Below are positions 1 through 14,300 of a stretch of DNA of 64,000 nt, piece by piece (position 1 is the stretch's first letter; each line of letters begins with the position of its first letter). Source of the DNA: Mantamonas sphyraenae STR306 (taxonomy: Eukaryota > Protista > CRuMs); NCBI GenBank assembly GCA_026936335.1, contig JAPMXV010000054.1:62001-126000 (forward strand). Direction: 5' to 3'. The position numbers and the translations under genes were made by a program. The notes below the pieces were generated by a model, which was given only the letters and a program-made list of their open reading frames with translations, was not told the origin of the DNA and did no database searches.

Positions 1-1599
1 GGCTTGGCCCGCAGGAATGAGGCGTCGCACACGCCCTGTCCATGGACCAAGGTCGACTTCGGGCAGCATGTTGCCCATGGTTTTGCTGGGAAACTTGCCG
101 CGTTGCACGCCGCTGTTCTCGTTGAGACCCAAGACCTCGCCGTCGCCCCAACACTTGACGGCGTAGCTGTGTGCCATGAGCACACAGACGTGGTTGTCGC
201 TGAGGGAGGCCTGCAGGACGCCGCCCGAGTCGAGGGCAGGCACAGGAGGCAGGTTGTCGCCTGCCGTGGCTGCGGTGGCGCCCACGTTGGGATTGTCCAC
301 AGGGTTGCCGAGTTGCAGAAAGTGGTTGGAGCCCTGGCAGCGCAGCTGGCCCACGGGACCGACGTCGACGACCACACAGATCCAATCGTGGCCCAGGGTG
401 GCTTTGATGACACGCACCCCTGTGCCAAAGTCCAACGGGGCGCTGGGTTGGAGCTGCTGGCTGAGGGATGACACACGGCCGCACATGACACTGCAGTCGC
501 CCCAGCAACGCAGGCCCCCGTCGTCACCCAGGACACACCAGGTGCTGCCACCTGCAAAGATGTCGACGGCGGTGACGTTGTCGGGCATGGCCATGTACGG
601 CAGGGCGTCGCCCATCTGACCCGCTGCGTCGCCCACGGTGTCGTGGGATGCCACCTGACCCCAGCACTTGACTCCCTGATAGGTGCCGTTGGTGGTGAGG
701 GCGCAGGTGCCAAACAGGCCCGAGGCCAGTTTGAGCACGGTGAGGTTTGTGCCGAGGTCCAGGTACGGGAGGGCGTCGCCCATCTGGGCTTTGCTGACGC
801 CGACGTCGTTGCTGTGGCCCAATCCCAGGTAGCCGCCGATGCCAAAGCACTTGACACGGTGTGTGGGATGCAACAGGACGCAGGTGTGGTACTGGCCCGT
901 GGTGGCCTGGAGGACGGTGACGCCTGTGCCCAGGTCCACCACCGAGGCGTTCTTGAGCGGGTGTGTGGCGTCGCCCAGCGTGTATGACTTTGGGTCGCCG
1001 TTGCCCACGCCACCGGCTGTGGTGTCGCCCCAACAGAACAGGGTGCCGTTACGCAGGATGGCGCAGGCGTGTGTGCAAAACGGCGCCGCATGGGCAAGGG
1101 CCACAGCCTTGTCCGGCAGATCAAAGGTGGGTGCGTTGGGTCCCATGTCGCCTTGCTTCAGCCCCACAGGCCCTCCCGTGCCGTCGGTGCCGTAGTGGAA
1201 GCGTCCGGACCAGGCGACGCGACCGTCGTGGCGAAGGGCATAGGTGAACGTGAGCAGCGTTTCCACCTGTCGCACGGGCCCTCCCATGTCGCTGGTGATG
1301 TAGTCTGCACCGACGACCACGCCGTACTGGGTGCGGCTGGACTGGCCCAGCACGCCGTTCTGGTTGTAGCCCCAGCAGGCCAGGCCGCCTGTGCGCCAAT
1401 CGGGATCGCTCACGTTGCGACGCGCGCACATGTACAGGTAGCCAGCGTCCAGGTCGTATGCATCATACAGGGCGGCACGTGCATGGCTGGAGGTGTGAGG
1501 GTTGTATGGCTGGGATGCAGAGGTTGGTGGCGTGGTGGCCAAGGAGAGGAGGGAGAGGGAGAGAAGAAGAAGGGTGAGGCGGAGAGTTCGCCCAGTCAT
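1..1599 (-). CDS. Secreted or cell-surface RCC1/BLIP-II-like beta-propeller repeat protein (3'-partial, runs off the window start)
   Basis: ATG at 1599 followed by a hydrophobic signal peptide (MTGRTLRLTLLLLSLSLLSLA). Repeated RCC1-like motifs by manual translation: LACWGYNQNGVLG, HACAILRNGTLFCWGD, HTCVLLHPTHRVKCFG, HTCALTTNGTYQGVKCWG. The frame appears open to base 1, so it is absent from the ORF track for lack of a stop. Confidence 0.75.
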   Translation of the reverse strand, partial: MTGRTLRLTLLLLSLSLLSLATTPPTSASQPYNPHTSSHARAALYDAYDLDAGYLYMCARRNVSDPDWRTGGLACWGYNQNGVLGQSSRTQYGVVVGADYITSDMGGPVRQVETLLTFTYALRHDGRVAWSGRFHYGTDGTGGPVGLKQGDMGPNAPTFDLPDKAVALAHAAPFCTHACAILRNGTLFCWGDTTAGGVGNGDPKSYTLGDATHPLKNASVVDLGTGVTVLQATTGQYHTCVLLHPTHRVKCFGIGGYLGLGHSNDVGVSKAQMGDALPYLDLGTNLTVLKLASGLFGTCALTTNGTYQGVKCWGQVASHDTVGDAAGQMGDALPYMAMPDNVTAVDIFAGGSTWCVLGDDGGLRCWGDCSVMCGRVSSLSQQLQPSAPLDFGTGVRVIKATLGHDWICVVVDVGPVGQLRCQGSNHFLQLGNPVDNPNVGATAATAGDNLPPVPALDSGGVLQASLSDNHVCVLMAHSYAVKCWGDGEVLGLNENSGVQRGKFPSKTMGNMLPEVDLGPWTGRVRRLIPAGQA

Positions 1600-1657
1600 T
1601 GGAACGGGTGGATTGATTGGGAAAGGGAGGGCGGGGGAGGAAGATGGGTTGTGTGGT

Positions 1658-2470
1658 TCATTCGCCAAACACCCAATCGCGATGGTTGGTGGTGTGTGTG
1701 TTGCGTGTGTTGATGGGGGAGGACCAGGACGGGGTGGAGGTAGGGGTGGAGTTAGAGGTAGAGGTGGAGGTGGAGGTGGGGGGATGGGAAGAGGAGGACG
1801 ATGATGAGGAAGGGTCGTCTTTGTCTGGGTTGAGGCGGCGACGACGGGCAGGAGGTGGGTGTAGGTCGTCGTCAGCGTCGATCATCACGTCTTCCGTCTC
1901 GTCGACAAAGGTCCATTTGTGGCCCATGCGGCGTGCAATGTACTGATTGAGACAGTGGAGGCTGCGTGTCTGCACATGGAGGAGCGAGGGGAGGTGGCTC
2001 AAAACTGACGTCTGCAGGGTCTGACGCTGTGAGCTGGGACGCATGCGACACAGAGGGCTCAGGATGGGTTTGAATGACAGCGACGTGGCTCTGTACATGT
2101 GAGGAATGCGCGTGTTGCTGTGCAAATGGTCCACGTGGGCCGTGTAGACATCGATTGGACCGGGGGCCTCTGCGTTCAGGTATTTCAGCAGCCGTTTGGC
2201 CAGAGTAGTCTGGTGTAGGCGTTGTTTGTGGTCTTCCTCGGCATGGGATGTGTTGTGTGTGTGGCGGTGGCGGCGGGTGTGGCCAAGGGGCACCGAATCG
2301 GCTTGTCCCTTCTGCTCCTCCAGCAACTCGCGTTTACGCTTGAGGCGTGTGGAGGTGCGTAGTGTGGCAGGGGTGACCATGTACTGTACTGTCCGAGTCG
2401 GAGTAGAGGTTGAGCGTGTGGGTGGTGTGCAGGCGGGGTTGTGTTGGTGGACAGGGGCGGGGAGATTCAT
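1658..2470 (-). CDS. Hypothetical protein (start may be Met at 2380; basic NLS-like motifs and Ser/Thr-rich tail)
   Basis: 270-aa ORF that fills the gap between two genes on the same strand. Contains RLKRKRE and RRRRL clusters. No family recognised. Confidence 0.35.
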   Translation of the reverse strand: MNLPAPVHQHNPACTPPTRSTSTPTRTVQYMVTPATLRTSTRLKRKRELLEEQKGQADSVPLGHTRRHRHTHNTSHAEEDHKQRLHQTTLAKRLLKYLNAEAPGPIDVYTAHVDHLHSNTRIPHMYRATSLSFKPILSPLCRMRPSSQRQTLQTSVLSHLPSLLHVQTRSLHCLNQYIARRMGHKWTFVDETEDVMIDADDDLHPPPARRRRLNPDKDDPSSSSSSSSHPPTSTSTSTSNSTPTSTPSWSSPINTRNTHTTNHRDWVFGE

Positions 2471-2481
2471 TCGATGATGGT

Positions 2482-4972
<2,491 letters not shown>

Positions 4973-5094
4973 GGTGGTGGTGGTGTGGTGGTGGCAGCGG
5001 TGGCGCAGGTCGGCGCAGGGTTGGCCAACCGAACATCACACCCGTGGCAAGGAGCGCCGCAAGCACACCCACAGACCACACACACATAGAGGAG

Positions 5095-7683
<2,589 letters not shown>

Positions 7684-7857
7684 GGGCGGCAGCTGCAGCA
7701 AGTGAATTCCAAGTACATGTTGGTTGTTGGGGGGAATGGGAATGGGGTGGGGAAGGGGGGGGGGGGGGGGGGAGTGAAAGAGGGGGGGGTGGTGGGGTTG
7801 GGATGGTTGGGCTAACGTGGATCCCTCGATCAGATCACAAACGGATTTTCCAACACG

Positions 7858-8722
7858 ATGAGCAGCGACGACAAGCAGGACTTTCTGAACGACAAATTGT
7901 AGGTGGAGCGACGGGGCGTGTGGGCGGGGAGGCACACAGGGTGCGGCATGGAGGAGGAGAGGCGCTCGTGGAGGCGTGCGGGAAGCAGAGGGGTGCAACG
8001 GTAGCGCGCCAAAAAAAACGCATCGGGATGCGGATCCGCTGACGCAAGGCATCACAGCGCGGACACAAACCTGGACGTGGACGACGAGGAGGATCTGGAG
8101 TGGGACGACGATGATCCGGAGCTGATGCGGCTGCGAGAGGCACGCATGCAGGAGCTGCAGAGGATGTATTTGAAGGAGGAGAACAAGACGCGCAACGAGC
8201 ACGGCAAGTACGAAGAGATCACGGAGGACAGGTTCCTGAAGATGGTCACGCAGGCAGAGCATGCAGTGGTGCACTTTTTCCACAAGGAGTTTGAGCGGTG
8301 CCAGATTCTGGACCAGCACCTGGCGGTAGGTTGCGTGAGAGGAGAGGCGAGGCGGAAAGCGCGGGAAAGCAGATTGGCTGACGCGGTCGCAGACACTGGC
8401 GCACAAGCACTACGACACAAAGTTTGTCAAGATTGAGGCGGAAAAGGCGCCGTTCTTTGTGAACAAGCTGCAGATCAAGGTGCTGCCGGCAGTGATCTTT
8501 TTCGTGGACGGCGTGGCTGTGGACCGCATGGTGGGGTTTGACGACTTGGGAGGGAATGATGACTTTCGCACGGCGGCGTTGGAGAAACGGTTGGGCAAGG
8601 CTGGGGTGATTGAGTATGACAACAAGTCGACAAAGGTGCAGAAGAAGCGGGAAAAGTCGATCAAGGCGTCGAATGGGCAGGATTTTGATTTGACGGACTA
8701 CGAGGTGAGCATCGGGTTTTGA
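7858..8722 (+). CDS. TXNDC9: Phosducin-like/thioredoxin-fold protein (TXNDC9/PhLP3 family); exons 7858-7898, 8058-8325, 8393-8722
   Basis: Spliced product reads HGKYEEITEDRFL...VVHFFHKEFERCQILDQHLA|TLAHKHYDTKFVKIEAEKAPFFVNKLQIKVLP...GFDDLGGNDDF. GT-AG introns at 7899-8057 and 8326-8392 with CTGAC branch sites. Confidence 0.85.
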
Positions 8723-8799
8723 TCGGAGAAGGTGGGGGAGAGGGAGAGGGTGTGGGTTTGGGGGAGGGGAGGGGGAGGAGGGGAGGGTTTATGGTGGTG

Positions 8800-9706
8800 T
8801 TAGGCGGAGGAGGAGGAGGATTTGGTGGTGGGGGGTTGGCGGGGCTTGAAGATCGTCAACCGCCAGCTCGGTGACGATGCTGTTAAAGATTCCGAAGAGC
8901 GGTTCTTGGATTCGCCGGTGCTTAAAGATGCCAGGAACACAAGGATACCGACGACTTCGACTGCGCGCAAAGTAAATGAATAGGTCAAAAAATTCGTCTG
9001 CCGTCTGTGCTCGCCGCGATGTTGATCTGATGATGCTGAGAATTGCAAACAGTAGGAATATGCACGTAGAAGTGACCGTTAAACTTCCAATTCTCAATAA
9101 CCTACGCTTGGTTGCCTGATTTGTGCTGAATCGACGCAGTGCCAGAACCAACTTTCCGCCGTAGAAGAAAACCCCAATCATCACAGCCACCATGAGGAGT
9201 TGAAAAGACAATGCAAACACCTGCACCACACCAACATCCAGTTCACCACTGTCTCCCAGAAGTAGGATCATCGACATTGCTTGCCCTATCCATGACAAAA
9301 CCAACAGGCCTCCAAGGGAAATCCGTAGTTTCAACACAATTGGTTGAGAAGTTGCCGGGTTGCTTTGGGCCCAAATTTTGCCCCAGGTAAACACCAAGAA
9401 CAGAAACACATTGACGTAGAAGACACCGCCAATATCGAAAATAACAGTGAGGACCTCACGTGAGATGGTTTGGTCGAATGCGAGGCCATACCGGATCACC
9501 CGAGCAGTGGAAAGGAATGCACAGGCAATGTTGACGACTACCGCTGGTCGGGGGGATGTGGTCGGTGCCCAGTACATGGACAGTAGGTTGCCAACGGAGA
9601 ACAACACGAGAGCACCGAAGACAGTGATGCAGGTGATGAAGTACACCGTAAAGCCGATGTCGTTGCACCCTTCGATAATGTATCCTCGGTCGATTACTTC
9701 GCACAT
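8800..9706 (-). CDS. Seven-transmembrane protein, THH1/TOM1/TOM3 (DUF1084)/GPR137-like
   Basis: Six hydrophobic segments in ORF 8789-9706. A seventh (LRAVEVVGILVFLASL) continues in ORF 8800-9048 after a frameshift near 8965-8995. FFYGGKLVLALRRF...KRRLLRIGSLTVTSTCIFLL resembles the TOM1-family YGGRLFFMLRRF...KKLHEVGSVTAICFTCFL motif. The start codon is uncertain. Confidence 0.65.
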
Positions 9707-9765
9707 TCTGAAGCGAAGATCTCAGTTTCCAAAACGGTGTGCCCACTTGCGGGAGCTCATCCAAC

Positions 9766-11350
9766 ATGAACTTTCTGAGCGCGAGTCGAGCTCAATCACC
9801 AAGCTGTGATGACGTCGTTTTGCGAGTCCGCAAACGAGTCTGGATCGAGTATACCCATGGGGAACTTGAAGGAACAGTGAACAGCGTCATCGCCGCCTTC
9901 GAGGAGTGCGGAGTCGAAAAAGGATCCAGAATCCTGTGTGTACTGGAGGACACCGGTCATTTCTATCTCTTGGCATCCTACCTTGCCTGCGAACGGTACG
10001 GTATGGTTCTCGTACCGTGTCTCGCGCCTCGAGGTCGGCGTGTGCACAAGCAGAAGCCACGATTTGCATCGATTCTGTCGTCATGCCATATGCGATGCAC
10101 CCTTACTACCAAATCGGTGCAGAACATGTACAGAGAGGTTTTCGAAAGTCCCGTGCTGCTTGATGAACTTGAGCCAACAGCGAAAGTGTTTCAACCAAAA
10201 ACACCTCTCCCAAGCACGTTGGTTCTGCTCCAGTACAGCAGCGGAACTACGAGCAACGCCAAGCCGGTGCAAGTAGCCTTTGAGGATCTACATCACAACC
10301 TTCAGGTTCTCCAGTCGACGCTCCATGTGACCACGAACGGAGTGCAGTTTCGGTCTTGGCTTCCGTGGTGGCATGATCTGGGACTGATTTCGATGTTGCT
10401 GCTACCCTACTGGTGCTCCTGTGTCTCCCATCACGTTTCACCATTTGATTTTGTCACCGATCCATCAATGTGGCTCCTGGATTGTGGCAGATTGCCAGTC
10501 GTGAGCGCAACTCCAGATTTTGGGTTGCAGCTCGCTTTGCATCGCAAAGTAGACCTCGATTCAGTTCGTTGGCATGCCCTTATCCTGTGTGGGGAGGTCA
10601 ACCGTATGACCACTTGGGAAGCGACAAAGGCAGCATACCCCAGGTTGCACGAGACCCTTTGTCCCATGTATGGATCAGCAGAGACGACGTTGTGCGTGAC
10701 CTGCTCTTGGCGCCATTCATCCATGGTTGAAAGGGATGGGAGCGTCAGCAACGGAGGAGTCAAGCAGGATGCAAACATCCTCATCGTCGATTCTACAACG
10801 AGGAGTCAGACTGTGAGCATGGGAACTATAGGACTTGTCTTTGTTTCTCAGCCGTCGATCTCAACAGGATACTACAGAGGAGTTGCTGCAACTGGCCAAT
10901 TTCGAAAGTACATTCGTGGATTCGGACCATTCTACGAAACTGGTGACGAAGGACGAGTCACAAATGACGGCTTGTACTTGCGAGGTCGAATCAATGGATG
11001 TGTTTGTGTCGCAGGAGAGAACGTGTGGATGGAGGACATTGAGCATGCAATGACCCGTCTGTGCGAGGAGGCGAAGTGGTGCAGAAAGGGGAATGTGGCC
11101 GCCTGTCCAATGACAGACACCACACCACCATCGGTTGCTGTGTTTCAGGAGGTGATCAACACATCCAGTATCGACAAAAGGGAATGCGAACTCATAGCAG
11201 CATCTCTTCAACAAGCATTCCCACAGATTGAACTGATTATGACATTCTGCGATTCTGGAACCATGTAAGTGTGCAAGTGAAGAGACGTTGATGAACATTG
11301 CTCACACCAAAGCAGCGCAAAAACGACAAGTGGGAAACCAAACAGATCAA
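9766..11350 (+). other. NRPS loading domain: fatty acyl-AMP ligase (FAAL)-like adenylating domain
   Basis: LLQYSSGTTSNAKPV (FAAL FLQYTSGSTGxPKGV), SWLPWWHDLGLI (SWLPLYHDMGLI), PMYGSAETTL, YETGDEG, LYLRGR, and after splicing GTIAKTTSGKPNR (A10 motif IPKTTSGK). Confidence 0.8.
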
Positions 11351-14300
11351 AAACACTCAAAAAGCTGGAGAAGCAGCGCAACAATCGACCACAGGGATCC
11401 AACAGTGTACAAGCCGTGATTGCCAACTGCATGATGGCCACGTTGCAAGTGGAAAATCTGCCTTTGGACCAAAGCTTGTTCACGCTAGGCGGTGACAGTA
11501 TTCTGAGTATGCAAGTGGTGCAGAGACTGCAACGCGAGGGGCTTCGTGTGACAAGCAGTCAGGTGTATGAGCTGCAGACGGTGCGTGCGCTGGCTAATGC
11601 CCTTCAAGAAGATGCGAACACACAGCAGGGTTCACACGAGGATGTTGCAGTGGCAGCTGTGACGCAGTATGACGTGCACGAATGTGACGGAGAGGCACTG
11701 AGCAGACTGTACGAAGAAGCACGGCGCGGGGTGGTTGGCGCAACGAAGGAGATTGTGATGTGTGGATTGGGCACGGGGTATGTGGACCTTGGGAAGCGTC
11801 TGCTGTGTTGTGGAGACGCTTGGGTGATGTGTGCATGTGGAGACGGGCGTGTGACGATGTCCTACCGCGCAGAAGCTGTGGAATCTCCGCTGGAAGTGAT
11901 GCGGGGTGTGCTTGTGGGACTGGGACGAGAGGCTGTGATGCCGATGTCGTCGATGCAGCAAGGGATGGTGTTTCACTCGCTGCACAGCAGTGGCTCTGGG
12001 AAGCGGGTCCAGGAAGGACCTGCTGGTACCCCGAGTGCTACGTGGTCTACAGCCATGTTGGGCAGCGTGGTGGATGGCCGAGCAGAGTACGTCGAACACG
12101 GATTGCTGGAGATGGACAACCTGGACCGTGTGCATGCGTACGCAGAGGCATGGGCAGGCGCTTGTTCATCGCATGCCATGCTGCATGCAAGTGTGGAGTG
12201 GCCGTTCATGCGGATCGAGCGTCAGAGCACACTGAGAGTGGACTACGTGCGCGCTGACGGCTCCGATGTGATGAGGACGGTTGAAGCACACAAGAGTATC
12301 CCGATGCGACTCGACTTGGCACCGCTGGTGCGATTGCTGCTGGTGTTGCACAGGGACACGGGGAAGACAACGGTCCTGGTTACATTCCACCACGCTGTGC
12401 TTGACGGGTGGTCAAACGCGCTGCTGTTGCGGGAGATCAGTCTGCGATACATGGAGCAGTACGAAGGAAGCGTGGGTCGGGCCACAGCTATCGCAGGACA
12501 CACCGACCAGTTAGAGTATGCATGGTGGCTGTGGAACTCGAGCAAGGGGGATGCGCGACGACACTTTGCAGAACGGTTGAAGGGCGGCCCGGGTGGCAGT
12601 TTGGTGATGAACGAAGTGCAGCGCGAGCCGGCGGAGGAAGCACCGACGAAAGCCGTGGAGCGGATCACTGTGAAAGCACAGCTGCCTGCGGACGGGAACG
12701 AGGCACTGGCAGTGACAGTGAACACGCGAGTGCTTGCGGCATGGGCACTTGTGCTAAGCGAGCTGTGTGGACAACAACGAGTGACGGTTGGCATGACACT
12801 GAGTGGCCGACCCGGAAGCGTGGAGTCGACATCAAGGCTGGTTGGATTGTATGTGTGCACACTGCCACTGTGTGTGGACGTGGAACTGGGACTGGGGCTA
12901 GATGGTTACCTGGAGCGGGTGATGCGAGAACAGCAGCGCTTGCAAGAGTTCCAACACTGTGGGTTGCCGGAAGTTGCAGGGTGGTGTGGATACGGGCAGG
13001 CTGGAGAAATGTTCGACAGCGTTTCTGTGTTTGAGAACTACCCTGGGATGGATGGAGAAGGTGGGGTTGGAGAGACACTCACGGAAGAGAGTGTGCGACA
13101 ACCGTTCCGTGTTCACAGTGCGACGAGTGAGGAAGTGACGAACTATCCCGTGCTGCTGGCATCGACTGTGGACAAGAGACGTGGCGTGGTGGAAGTGCAC
13201 ATGGAGTTTTCGAATGCAGGGGGAGGCATGGCACGTGCCGTGCGCGAACGGTTGGCGGAGCAACTGGAGGGGTACCTGCGTGTGCTGTGCAGGGTGAAGA
13301 AGGGGAAACCACAGACACAAGTGGGCCGCGTGGTGGGAAAGGGATGGACACGATCAGTTGGGATGGACGGAGTGACACGTGCACGTTCAGCGTTGTCAGG
13401 GCTGGGCGGGAGGACAGGAGAGGTGACTTTGCACGTGTGCAGCGTGAGCAAGGGTGAAGTACATCTGAGCCGTGGGATGGTGTACGCGATGGGGAGGCAG
13501 GTGGCAGCGGAGCTGACAAGCATGACAGTTGGGGCAGGACCTGGTACGGTGGTGGGAGTGTGTCTGGAAGCACAGAGTGTGTACACAGTGGCATGCTGTC
13601 TGGGAGTGTGGATGTGTGGAGCAGCAGTGCTGTGTATGGAACCGCGGAACCCGGACTCGAAGCTGGAGGCACTTGCGTTGGAGGCGCAGCCGTGTGCTGT
13701 GATCACGACGCCGGAGCTGGCGGATGCACGGAACTTGGGCAGGTTGTGCGGCAACAGGATTGTGTGTGTGGCAACCGAAGGAGTCCAGGTAGCACGCAGG
13801 GGAGTTGGTGGCAGCTGGGATGGTGAACGACCATGTGTGCGTGTGTGTGGTGGTTTGGTGGCGTATGTGATTGCGACGAGCGGAACGACGGCCGGCAGAA
13901 GCAAGCTTGTGCCTGTGACACACCGGGCGTGGATGAATACGTGCATGGACAGTCAAGTCGGTGTGGCTGGTGTAATGGTCAGCGATGTTGACAGCGGAGC
14001 AAGGGTGTACCAGTTTGCATCTTTGCAGTTTGATGCCAGCATGTACGAGATTGGCTGTGCTCTTGCACGAGGAAGTAACCATGGGCATTTGGTGCACCAG
14101 CGCGATGGGGAAGGACTTTTGGGTGGAATGTCGCTGCTGGACGAAAGGTGCACATTGGCATTGATACCTCCTGTGGTGTTGACCCTGGGATGTAGGGCGC
14201 GCTTGCTTGATGAAGAAGTGGTCGTGGACACACTGGTGACGGGTGGCGAAGCATGCAGTGCAGCAGTCGTGAACGAGTGGACCCGTGTGTGTGTGGGAGA

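Noticed and set aside
12026-12052. Possible 27-nt GT...AG mini-intron in the C-domain loop
   Set aside because: It is in frame, has no stop codon, lacks a branch motif and is much shorter than the other introns here (51 nt or more), so there is no need to invoke splicing.
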